A stretch of DNA of 64,000 nucleotides, taken from contig JAHJSM010000003.1 in assembly GCA_018830295.1 (NCBI GenBank), forward strand, positions 2,512 through 66,511, read 5' to 3'. The notes beneath the pieces were generated by a model. The model was not told the DNA's origin and searched no databases. It was given only the letters and a program-made list of their open reading frames with translations. Positions 49,058-59,000 of the stretch are shown in pieces (within the stretch, counting starts at the first letter, position 1; each line of letters opens with the position of its first letter). Both the position numbers and the translations under genes were made by a program. The stretch is from Patescibacteria group bacterium. GTDB lineage: Bacteria; Patescibacteriota; Minisyncoccia; Portnoybacterales; UBA2143.

Positions 49058-51511
49058 TTATTCGACTACCGGCGCCTCCAATTCCTGTATTATCTTCATA
49101 ATATTCTCATTCCCCGGGACCAACTGGTCTACGATCTTAAATTGAATCAACGCGTCCGCGTTTCGTCCCGCAACTTGATAGGACAACGCTAAAGCGTATC
49201 GCCCATTAGCGTATTGCGGCGTAATAATCACCGCCTGCTCAAACATAGGAATGGCCTCGCTCACTCTGTTGAGGTTGAAATAGAGACGGCCCATCTGGAA
49301 ATAAATTTCAGTCGCCGCGCCCGCCAATTCCGAACCCCTCTGGAAACTCACCCCTTTTAATTTCGTTAAAACCGATTGCGTCTGCTCAAGCGCTCTTTCA
49401 AGCTCGCCCTTCTGCTCATAAGCCAACGCCAATTGAATATGCGCGTCTAAATAATTAGCTTTCAAATCAACCGCCTTTTGACAATAAGCGACTGTTTCGT
49501 CCCAATTCTCTTTTTCAACCGTCTCGTCTTCCGTAATTAAATTCAACCGACAAAGTTCCCGATAAAAAACAGGATTGCTCGGCTCTAACTCCAACGCTTT
49601 CGCGAACGCCTCCATAGCGAAAGGCAAAGTTCCGCCAACCAAGCCACGCGCGTCCCGATAAACCGCTCCCAAATTTTCCCAAGCGCTCACGGAATTGGGA
49701 CTCAAATCGGTCGCCACTCTCGCTTGCTGAATAGAACCGGCGGCAAGTGTTTGTAACAATTCAATATTTCTCTCCGCCTCCGCCTTTCGCGCCTCTTCCC
49801 AAGCGGAAACCAAATAAATCTGCGACAAATTCTGCCGATAACTCGCCCTGTATCTGTTCAAATTAACTATTTCTTCGGCGCGGCGAATTAAATCTTGCCT
49901 GTCAGTCGCCGTCTGAATTAATTTTGCTTCCGCTAAATAAAATCTGCCCCCTAAATAAAAGAGGCCCGCCATCACAAAGATCAAAATCAACAAAACAACA
50001 TTAATGACCAATCCCACTTCTGGCAGTTTTTTGAAAGAAAAAGATATTTTCTTGCAAGGTTTCTCTTGAAGACCTTGCCAACTGACGATACCTAATGCCG
50101 TAAAGAGCCAGAAATAGAAAAGCAAAACCGTATTTTGCGAATAGACAAATTGAGAAATAAATAAAATTAACCAGAAAAGAAGAAAAGGCAGAATAATCAG
50201 TTCGGCGGCGGCGACATCCTTACTTTTCTTAAGCCGCCACAAAGACAAAACCATAATCAGCAAGAACATAAAGACAACCGTTAAATAACTTAAAATTCCC
50301 AAAATGCCAAGCGCCCCCGTCGTTTCCATAAAATAATTTGACGCCCTGTCAAACCTAATGTTCCAAAACTGACTGTTGTTAAATTCAGCCGGCTTAAACT
50401 TGGCGAAATTAGCTAAAAAAGTTCCTTCTCCCGAACCCAGAATTGGGTATTCTTTGAGCGTCTGCCATGTAATCGTATTTGTCATTGCCCCGTCCAAAAT
50501 CAGTTCCTTGGGTATATCCTGGTTAATATTGTTAAAATCGCTCAATAACTCCACCCGGCCCGGCAAATTAACAATAAAAATTCCGGCGATAATTAGCAAA
50601 GCGATCGGCAACATCAACGCGTTGACTCTCTTGCGAAAAATTCGCGTCCAAAAAGCGATAATTAACAAAAGAGCCATCGCCGCCGCTAAAGAAACCCAAG
50701 CCGCCCAAAAGTTAATGACAACCAAAAGAATAACCGACGCCGCCAATAATCCGTAACTTAAGACCTTTGCTAAAACGCCTCTTTTTTTGCCCTGTAAAAA
50801 GACGCCTGTGATCAGTCCGACAATCGCCGCCAAAAATATGCTTAACCCCTCAAACGAGCCGCTCACTGGGTTAAAAGAACGCAAATTCATAATCTCAGGC
50901 AGACCCGGAATTTTGCTCCAAAGATTAAAAACAGAAAGATAAGCCGCCAAAACAGCCACCCAGCCCGAGACCAAAACTAAATTAATTACCGTCCTCAAAC
51001 AAACCCCAGGCGAACAAATCAACATTCTTTTCTTTGTTGTCGCGACTGCGTTTATATCAGGGGGCAGTCCCCCGTCTTCGGGGGCTGCCCCCGTCTTAGA
51101 AACCATCACATTATTCACCACGACAAAATAAAGCAAACACATCGCCAATAAACCAATCGCCGAATCCGAAAACTTCCCATACCCGCCCAGCCACGAAGAA
51201 ACACTATTAATTGAAAAAACAGCGCTCAAAATAACCATGAGCATAAAAACCAAAACCCAAATATCTAAAGGCGTCCGACGAAAGACAACTTTCTTTCGAA
51301 CAATAATTGTTTTCGCGAGCCAAGCGAACAAGGCCAAAGAGGCCAAAACAAAAAGCAAATATTGCTTATTAAACTCAAACACTTCCGCTGTCCAAGGCAG
51401 CCAAAATAAAGGCAGCAAAAGAACCAGCGCGTAAACCGAATACTTAATCGCGAAGTTGTATATCTTCCTCATCTTTTTTTTTGCCTCTCGAATTGCCGCT
51501 GGCTTTTTCAA
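49058..51511 (-). CDS. O-antigen ligase/polymerase-like polytopic membrane protein with C-terminal TPR repeats
   Basis: More than 10 TM segments with a Wzy_C-like central part, followed by C-terminal TPR-like repeats (AHIQLALAYEQKGELERALEQ). An in-frame hairpin sits at about 51060-51092. Confidence 0.65.
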   Translation of the reverse strand: MKKPAAIREAKKKMRKIYNFAIKYSVYALVLLLPLFWLPWTAEVFEFNKQYLLFVLASLALFAWLAKTIIVRKKVVFRRTPLDIWVLVFMLMVILSAVFSINSVSSWLGGYGKFSDSAIGLLAMCLLYFVVVNNVMVSKTGAAPEDGGLPPDINAVATTKKRMLICSPGVCLRTVINLVLVSGWVAVLAAYLSVFNLWSKIPGLPEIMNLRSFNPVSGSFEGLSIFLAAIVGLITGVFLQGKKRGVLAKVLSYGLLAASVILLVVINFWAAWVSLAAAMALLLIIAFWTRIFRKRVNALMLPIALLIIAGIFIVNLPGRVELLSDFNNINQDIPKELILDGAMTNTITWQTLKEYPILGSGEGTFLANFAKFKPAEFNNSQFWNIRFDRASNYFMETTGALGILGILSYLTVVFMFLLIMVLSLWRLKKSKDVAAAELIILPFLLFWLILFISQFVYSQNTVLLFYFWLFTALGIVSWQGLQEKPCKKISFSFKKLPEVGLVINVVLLILIFVMAGLFYLGGRFYLAEAKLIQTATDRQDLIRRAEEIVNLNRYRASYRQNLSQIYLVSAWEEARKAEAERNIELLQTLAAGSIQQARVATDLSPNSVSAWENLGAVYRDARGLVGGTLPFAMEAFAKALELEPSNPVFYRELCRLNLITEDETVEKENWDETVAYCQKAVDLKANYLDAHIQLALAYEQKGELERALEQTQSVLTKLKGVSFQRGSELAGAATEIYFQMGRLYFNLNRVSEAIPMFEQAVIITPQYANGRYALALSYQVAGRNADALIQFKIVDQLVPGNENIMKIIQELEAPVVE
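51060..51092. repeat. GC hairpin element inside O-antigen-ligase-like CDS
   Basis: gggggcagtcccccgtcttcgggggctgccccc. Confidence 0.85.
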
Positions 51512-51551
51512 TCACCACCAACAAATCCTTCAAGGACTTTATTAGACGACT

Positions 51552-51774
51552 GGGGACAGTCCCCTCTTGGGGACTGTCCCCGGATTCTCTTTTTTTATTA
51601 TACCAAAAAATTGAAAAAATAAAAGCCCGAATTATCCCCATCAGGTTTTTCCGATGGGAGCAGCCCCCGCCGCGAGGGCTGCCCCCTTTCCCTTTCTCGG
51701 GGGCAGCCCCCCGTCCTCGGGGGCTGCCCCCATTTCGCCACGAGGGGACAGTCCCCTCTGGGGGACTGTCCCCG
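51552..51774. repeat. large intergenic array of >=5 GC hairpin units
   Basis: ggggacagtcccctcttggggactgtcccc ... gggagcagcccccgccgcgagggctgccccc ... gggggcagccccccgtcctcgggggctgccccc ... ggggacagtcccctctgggggactgtcccc. Confidence 0.85.
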
Positions 51775-51783
51775 TCTTAGTTA

Positions 51784-52134
51784 TCACACCCCCTCAAAAT
51801 GTTCCAACTCGGCAACAGTATTATCCGGATTAAGAACAATGCAAATCGCGTCTATTCTATACGCGCCTTTCCATTTTTTAAACGCGACATAAGCATTCGC
51901 GTTCCAATATAATTTTTTTAACTTTTTATAATTAATTGATTCCTCCGGCGCGACAAAAGCGCGACTCCTTTTGGTTCTCACTTCCACAAATATTAAAATA
52001 TTATCTTTTCTGGCGACCAAATCAATTTCAGCGTATTTAGTCCTATAATTCTTCTCTATAATCTTATAATTTTTACTCTCCAAATAATTTTTAGCCGCGT
52101 CCTCCCCTATTTTCCAAATTATATCTTTGTTCAT
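51784..52134 (-). CDS. yraN: YraN-family (UPF0102) endonuclease
   Basis: GEDAAKNYLE...YRTKYAEIDLVARKD..LIFVEVRTKRS. The start is taken at MNKDIIW. The upstream extension of the ORF as called is translated hairpin elements. Confidence 0.75.
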   Translation of the reverse strand: MNKDIIWKIGEDAAKNYLESKNYKIIEKNYRTKYAEIDLVARKDNILIFVEVRTKRSRAFVAPEESINYKKLKKLYWNANAYVAFKKWKGAYRIDAICIVLNPDNTVAELEHFEGV

Positions 52135-52144
52135 ATTACACACC

Positions 52145-52232
52145 GGGGGCAGCCCCCGCAACGAGGGCTGCCCCCTTTCTCCCATCCCCGGGGACAGTCC
52201 CCCGTCTTCGGGGGCTGCCCCCATCTTAGTTA
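52145..52232. repeat. three GC hairpin units between comM stop and yraN start
   Basis: gggggcagcccccgcaacgagggctgccccc ... ggggacagtcccccgtcttcgggggctgccccc. Confidence 0.85.
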
Positions 52233-53743
52233 CGATACTGCAACGCTTCAGCCGTATGCGAAACATCTATTTTCTCCGCTCCCTCTAAATCAGCGATTGT
52301 TCGAGCGACCTTGAGCATCTTAAAATAAGAACGAGCCGAAAGTTGAAAAGCGATCGCCGCTTGCCCAAGTATTCTTTCCGCTTCTTGAGATAAAGAACAA
52401 TATCTTTTAATATCTTTATTATTCATTTCGGCGTTATTATAAATAGTTCCCCGCCTAAATCGTTTTTGCTGAATTTCCCTGGCGCGACAAACCCGTTCCC
52501 TGATGGACGCTGAACTTTCCAAAAATTTGTTAGCCCTTTCACTTTGAGATAATTTATTAATATCAACAATTGGCGCCTTGATATGAAGATCTATTCTATC
52601 TAAAATAGGACCTGAAATTTTCTTGCCATATCTTTTAATTTCCTGCGGCGAACAAGCGCACTCTTTTTTAGGGTGGTCTAAATAACCGCAAGGACAAGGA
52701 TTAGCCGAAGCGACCAAAATAAATCTGGCTGGATATTTGACCATTGCTTTAGCCCGAGAAATAACCACCCAACCATCTTCCATGGGCTGGCGAAGCGATT
52801 CCAAAACCGCGCGCGGGAACTCGTTAAACTCGTCTAAAAAAAGCACGCCCCGATGGGCCAAACTAATTTCGCCCGGCCGCGGATTAGAACCCCCGCCAAC
52901 CAAACCAACCAAAGAAGTGGAATGATGAGGAGACCTAAAAGGACGAGTCCTGACAATTGAAGCGCCCGGCGGAATATTGCCGCTGGCTGAATAAATCTTA
53001 GTTGTTTCTATCGCTTCCGGCTCGCTCAAAGGAGGCAAAATTCCAGTCAGCGCGCGCGCCAGCATCGTTTTGCCAGAACCCGGACTGCCTGTCATGATAA
53101 CATTATGCCCGCCCGCCGCGGCTATTTCCATCGCCCTTTTCGCTTGTTCTTGCCCCAACACCTCTCTCATATCAAATTCGCTAGATGTTAAATCAGGATT
53201 AACCGACTTTATGTATTTTACTTTTTGAATTTCTTGCTTATTCAATAAGCAAGACAATAATTGAGAAAGTCGTTCCACCGGATAAACATTAATTGACGGA
53301 AAAACAGACGCCTCGTTAACCGAATCCTTGGGCAAAAAAATATTTTTAAAACCATGTTCTTTGGCGAATAAAGCCAAAAGAAAAGCGCCTCTGGTGTGCC
53401 GCAAAGTCCCGTCAAAAGAAAGTTCGCCGAAAAAGAGCGTTTTTTCCGGAATGGGAAAACCCATCACAGCGGATAAAATTCCAATCGCGATTGGCAAATC
53501 ATAAAAAGAACCATCTTTGGGAATATCCGCCGGCGCCAAATTAACGGTGATTTTTTTCATCGGGAAGTCCATGCCGGAATTAACAATAGCCGCCTTGACT
53601 CTCTCCCTGCTTTCGTCCACCGCTTTTCCGGGCAAGCCGACAATCTCAAACCCAGGCAAACCTCGGCTGGCGATATTAACTTCCACATCCACAGGCAAGG
53701 CCTCCAAACCAGAATACAAAACCGACGGAATTTTTGATAACAT
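52226..53743 (-). CDS. comM: YifB/ComM Mg-chelatase-like AAA+ ATPase
   Basis: An N-terminal Lon-like domain is followed by Walker A GSPGSGKTM and the C-terminal ComM region. Confidence 0.9.
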   Translation of the reverse strand: MLSKIPSVLYSGLEALPVDVEVNIASRGLPGFEIVGLPGKAVDESRERVKAAIVNSGMDFPMKKITVNLAPADIPKDGSFYDLPIAIGILSAVMGFPIPEKTLFFGELSFDGTLRHTRGAFLLALFAKEHGFKNIFLPKDSVNEASVFPSINVYPVERLSQLLSCLLNKQEIQKVKYIKSVNPDLTSSEFDMREVLGQEQAKRAMEIAAAGGHNVIMTGSPGSGKTMLARALTGILPPLSEPEAIETTKIYSASGNIPPGASIVRTRPFRSPHHSTSLVGLVGGGSNPRPGEISLAHRGVLFLDEFNEFPRAVLESLRQPMEDGWVVISRAKAMVKYPARFILVASANPCPCGYLDHPKKECACSPQEIKRYGKKISGPILDRIDLHIKAPIVDINKLSQSERANKFLESSASIRERVCRAREIQQKRFRRGTIYNNAEMNNKDIKRYCSLSQEAERILGQAAIAFQLSARSYFKMLKVARTIADLEGAEKIDVSHTAEALQYRN

Positions 53744-53765
53744 AAATTTAAATTAGGGGGCTGCC

Positions 53766-53821
53766 CCCGCAACGGGGGCAGCCCCCATCCCCTCTCTTGG
53801 GGACTGTCCCCGTCTTAGCTA
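53766..53821. repeat. two GC hairpin units between dprA stop and comM start
   Basis: gggggctgcccccgcaacgggggcagccccc ... ggggactgtcccc. Confidence 0.85.
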
Positions 53822-54689
53822 TTTAGTATTATACTTCCCTCCTCTTAATTTAATTAGCCCCCTAATTTCCATCAACGATAACTTAACACTTAATTCCGAA
53901 ACCGACATTTCCAAACCGCGCGATAATTCATCTATCCCCATCGGCTCCTGCTCTAATTTTCTTAAAATCCTGGCTTCGGGGGCTGCCCCCGCAACGGGGG
54001 CAGCCCCCATCCCCTCTCTTGGGGACAGTCCCTCGTCTTCGGGGGCTGCCCCCATCCCCCTTAAAACATCCTCCGCGCTCAAAACCATTTCCGCCCCATT
54101 CTTAATTAATAAATTAGTCCCCTTTGACAACGAACCCGTTATCGGCCCTGGCGTGGCAAAAACCTTTCGGCCAAACTTCTTCGCGCAATTAGCAGTAATC
54201 AAACAACCGCTCTTTTCTCCCGCCTCAATCACCAAAAGCGCCTTTGATAAACCAGCCACAATTCTGTTTCTTTGAGGATAAGTCCAAAGCGCCGGCTTCA
54301 TCTCCCCTTCATATTCAGAAATTATTAGCCCCCCGCTCTCCAAAATACTCTTATAAAGTTTTTTTTTGATGAGCCGGATGAATTAAATCAATCCCGCATG
54401 GCATCACCGCAATCGTTCGCCCGCCCGCTTTAATCGCCGCTTCATGAGCCGCCGCATCGCCTCCATACATAAATCCAGAAACAATCGTAATTCCAGCCAT
54501 CGCGATTTCGCCAACTATCTGCTCCATTATCCGCTCGCCATAAGAAGTCAATCTCCTGCTCCCAATAACCGCCAAACAATTTTCAAAAATACTCAAGTCA
54601 AAATCGCCTTTATAATACAATTGCTTAGGCGCGCCCTTAGTTTGTTTTAAAAGTTCAGGATACTCTTCATCTTCCTTGTAAATTATCAT
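53819..54689 (-). pseudogene. dprA: DNA processing protein DprA interrupted by frameshift at A9/T9 homopolymer (or sequencing error/transcriptional slippage site)
   Basis: Two adjacent ORFs, 54351-54689 and 53819-54343, together cover DprA: the Rossmann part, then GGLIISEYEGE...RNRIVAGLS, then a winged helix. Removing one A/T from the run at about 54352-54362 joins them as ...HQKK-LYKSILESGG.... The downstream part also carries an in-frame hairpin cluster. Confidence 0.7.
53976..54055. repeat. three GC hairpin units inside dprA C-terminal region (in frame)
   Basis: gggggctgcccccgcaacgggggcagccccc ... ggggacagtccctcgtcttcgggggctgccccc, translated as MGAAPEDEGLSPREGMGAAPVAGAAPE. Confidence 0.85.
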
Positions 54690-55942
54690 AAAAGAAACAA
54701 CTCCAGCCGAAGCCCGTAGTATGGGACAAAACGCATTGCTGTGTTTCTAACTATTATTTCATCACTTAAAGTTAAATTCACCACCCAAGCTTCTTCTGGG
54801 CTATATTTAGTTATAAAACTACGAAGCGAGCGGGTAATTTCCGACTGTCGTAAATTTTGTTTTTTTGCCTCCACGGGAATAACGGTTCTACCAGAGTTAA
54901 TAATAAAATCTACTTCCGCGCCGTCTTTAGAGCGCCAAAAATGAATAGACGATGACGAATGCCTTGTTTTTTCTTTAAGAACGCTAAAAACATAATTTTC
55001 AAATACAAATCCAATATTATCTTCCAAACTAATCCGCCCAAAATCTCCAGCCGCGTAATTCCGCAAGCCGATATCATAAAAATAATACACGGGCGCTTTT
55101 GTTATTTCCTTGCGAGCGTTTTTAAAATAAGGAGTAACTTTTTCTAAAATAAATGTCTTTTCCAAGTACCAAAGGTAATTTTTGACAGTCGGAATTGAAA
55201 TTCCTAAAGTGGCCGAAAGTTCGGAGATGTTCACTAAATTCCCTATTTGACCAGCTATTAATCTTAACAGACGAGTAAAATCATCTGTTTTTTGTACGCC
55301 TAAAAGATAGGAAATATCTTTTTCAACATAGCTTCTATAAATTTCGTCTATTGTTTTTATCTTTTCTTCTTTTGTTTCCTCTAAAACAACTTTTGGATAA
55401 CCACCATAATTTAAAAATTCTTCAAAGAGCAAACGGGCTTGTGATTTTTCTATTTCAAAAAAATCGTTTAATTTATTTTCGTATTTATAATCGGTTCTAA
55501 AATTTACAAACTCATCAAAAGACACTGTGCCAAGTTCAAACATTCTTTTTCTACCAACCAGCGATTCATGAATTTTTTCTTTAAGTTCAACACTGCCCGA
55601 GCCAGAAACGATAAATTTATACGGCAAGTTCATATCATACAAACCCTTAAGAAAAAGACCAGCGTCTTCTTTTCTTTGTATTTCATCCAAAAAAACATAA
55701 CCCTTCTTTTTACCAATTTCCAATTCAATTTTCTTAAGTAATTTTTCTTGCGAGCTCAAAAATTCCCTGTCTCTTTCTATGTCAAAATTCAAACTAACCG
55801 TAGCTTCCCCTATTTTATTTAAATGAACAGCTAAAAGAGACATCAAGGTTGTTTTTCCGGCTTGTCTTGGTCCGATAATCAAACTGATTTCTTTTTTGTT
55901 TAAATGGTCTTTTAACTCTAAAAAAAGGTTTCTTTTAATCAT
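54686..55942 (-). CDS. AAA-family ATPase with DUF4143-type C-terminal domain
   Basis: ISLIIGPRQAGKTTL and an FLDEIQ Walker B; the architecture is typical of the AAA_14/DUF4143 family. Confidence 0.75.
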   Translation of the reverse strand: MIKRNLFLELKDHLNKKEISLIIGPRQAGKTTLMSLLAVHLNKIGEATVSLNFDIERDREFLSSQEKLLKKIELEIGKKKGYVFLDEIQRKEDAGLFLKGLYDMNLPYKFIVSGSGSVELKEKIHESLVGRKRMFELGTVSFDEFVNFRTDYKYENKLNDFFEIEKSQARLLFEEFLNYGGYPKVVLEETKEEKIKTIDEIYRSYVEKDISYLLGVQKTDDFTRLLRLIAGQIGNLVNISELSATLGISIPTVKNYLWYLEKTFILEKVTPYFKNARKEITKAPVYYFYDIGLRNYAAGDFGRISLEDNIGFVFENYVFSVLKEKTRHSSSSIHFWRSKDGAEVDFIINSGRTVIPVEAKKQNLRQSEITRSLRSFITKYSPEEAWVVNLTLSDEIIVRNTAMRFVPYYGLRLELFLL

Positions 55943-56015
55943 ACTTCTATTTTAGTCCGATTATTTTATAAGTCAAGTTTATTTTTAGTTGTTCTGTCTG
56001 ACCCAAGGACATTCC

Positions 56016-59000
56016 TTAGTATCCCACCGCATCCGCAGAAGGCGTTTCTAGCTCTTCAACCACCGGTTCCTCGGCAACAGGTTCCTCAGTCACCGGCTCA
56101 GGAGAGGACACCTCCACCACCGGCTCCGGCTCGTCCGCTTCAGGGACTTCTTCGGGGGCTGCCCCCGCAACGGGGGCAGCCCCCTCTTCATCAACCACCG
56201 GGGGCAGTCCCTCGTCCGCGGGGGCTGCTCCCTCTTCATCAACCACAGGTTCCTCAACCACCGGTTCAACCACCGGGGGCAGTCCCTCGTCCGCGGGGGC
56301 TGCTCCCTCTTCATCAACCACCGGCTCCTCCGCAACCGCCCCGCATTCCCCGGCGACTGTTTGCGCCGCCCCACTCGCAACAAAGAAACAATACGGTAGT
56401 CCCGTCACTCTATCATACAATGTAATCCCTGCCTGCTCTTCAACTCCTCCTCCAACCTTCAATTGCTCTGTTTCAATATTTTTCGCCTTAATTTTATCAA
56501 CAACTAAAACTCCTTCCTCGTCCAAAACCAATCCCAATTCCGCCAAATCCATCCTTAATTCCTCCAGCGAATCCACTTCAACCAAATCCCCATTTTCATC
56601 CCGCTCCACTGTCAACAACGCCTCCAATTCCTCTAATCTATTATTCAACGCTTTAACCCCCGCTAAAGCAAACGAAGTATAATCATACAAACTAACCGAC
56701 TCCCCATCAGAAATCATCCCAATAGGGGGCAGTCCCCCGTCGCGGGGGCTGCTCCCGTCCGCAACTTCCCCTCCCCCATACCTCCCCATTTCCATCCCCG
56801 CAATCAGCCCTAAAATCTCAGCGTAATCCGCCTCCTCTAAATATGTAACTTCCATTTCATCCGCGCGCGGCAAATAGACATCCCATCCGTCAGCAATCGC
56901 GCTCCCCGCGCCCCGCCCAATCGTCAAGATATTCGTCGGCGACGAAGTAGCAATCCCAAACCGCCCCATCGTATCCAAAACCAACCCCACAGGGGGCAGA
57001 GGGGGCAGTCCCCCGTCGCGGGGGCTGCTCCCGTCCCATGCCTCCACCAACCTAATCAACCCCGCCTCCTCCAACTTCAGTGTTAATCCGTCCGTCAACT
57101 GCTCCATTCCCTCCATCCGCGCGTCAATCTCCTCAAACTGCTCTGGAATAACATCTCTAATATCCAACGCCAAATCGGAAATTTCATCCATCGCGAGCGT
57201 TAATTTAGCGTCAATCAAAAGCAACTGCGGAGAAACAATTTCGTTAATATCATCCTCTAAGTTCAAATTATCAATCGCTCCAGCAATCAAGATATTAACT
57301 TCATCTTCAATCTCCATCGCCGCGACCCGCTCCGTCACTTTATCTTCCACCTCTTCCACTGTGAGCGACTTATTCCGCCGCGAAATCAAAACATTAATCA
57401 CCCCTTCGCCTTCTTTAAGTCCCTCAAGCGCTACCCCAACCGTCGGGTCCCCCGCCCCTGCCCGCATAATATACCCTGGAACCGAAGCCGAAGTAAGCGA
57501 ATCCCCCGGGCGAATAGGTCCGCCTTCCGCAGAGACCTTCGCTGGCACCTGCCCAAGCATTCCAATAATAGCGTAATGCGGATTGTCTTCCCGCCTTTCA
57601 TCAGAAGGAGCGTTCCCCAAAAATGCCGGATTAGTTGAAACAATACCCATGATATTTCCATCAGCCGCCCGTTCGCACCGCTTGACCGCGTTTTCCCGTT
57701 CAATATCAACGCAAACCGCCTCGCCTGATTTCAAATCGGTATCAATGGAATAATAGTATTCAGCGTAGTCAGCCGAACCGGAAGTCCAAGCGTTGGTCGC
57801 GTTGACATAAGCCACATTAACGCCGTCGCTATTATGGTCAACTGTCAGCCGATAATCTGGCGTCGTGTCCCCGATGCCGACGTTGCCGCTATTTCTTTTG
57901 ACTGCAATTCCAAGAATTTCCGACCCAGCATCATAACCGACGATTTTAAGCACATAATTTGCTTCATCAAAAAGTATTTTAGCACCGTATGTGGAAAGGC
58001 CACGTTCCATAAAAGAGATTCCTTTATTGGTTCCCTCGGGGATATTCAAAGATAACAATTCATTTGGACTCGTCGTCCCGATGCCGACGTTGCCCGAGGC
58101 GTTTATACGCATTCGTTCCTTAATACTGGAACTATCATTTGTGTGGAAAGATAAATAACCAGTAGCAGAACCGTCAGTCGCAGATTCTTTTCTGCCCGCA
58201 ATTGCTCCAAAAATCTGTTTGCTCCCCGCACTGTTGTAAAAACCTCCCATACCGATTGCACCGCCTTTGTCTATGGCAAAAGAATCGCTGGTCATTGCCG
58301 CAATGTGAACCTGTGCATCTCCATTAAGTCCATCCGCCAAATTCTGATTGGCTTTGACAACATCTAAGGTTGTCCCCGGACTCACTGTCCCGATGCCGAT
58401 ATTACCCGCCGAAGTGACAACGAAGGAGGGCGTTGCTCCAACTGTGAAATCCCCACCAATATACATAGCTCCAGTAGTAGTTGCATTGCCATCAACCGTT
58501 AAATTACTTCCAAAGTGACCTGCTCCTTGAGTAAATAGACCCGTAGTAGAAGAAGCATATCCTGTTGTAACTAAATTCCCCCCTGAAGTAACCGTCAATA
58601 GATTTGCGCCGGTGGATGAGGCAATAGTAAATATATCTGAACTACCAGCTGTGCCTTGAATAGATAGTTTAGATAGTGGCGTTGTTGTTCCTATGCCGAC
58701 GTTGCCGCCGACAACTGATAACGTCTCAGTAAATGCACCACTATTTCCATAGCCAATTCCTACTCTACTCGCACTGTTTACGGAAAAAATTTGCAACAGA
58801 TTATTTTGAATACCAAACCCGTAACCAGTTCCCGCGGCATTGTCATATAATGCAATCTTATTTCCCACTGCTGTACCTAATGACAATGGAAAACTCGGCC
58901 CCGTCGTCCCGATGCCGACGTTGCCGCTAAATACTGCCTTACCTCCTATACTTAAAGTATCAGTGGTAGTTGCCGAACCCATTGTCAATCCAAAGGCGGT

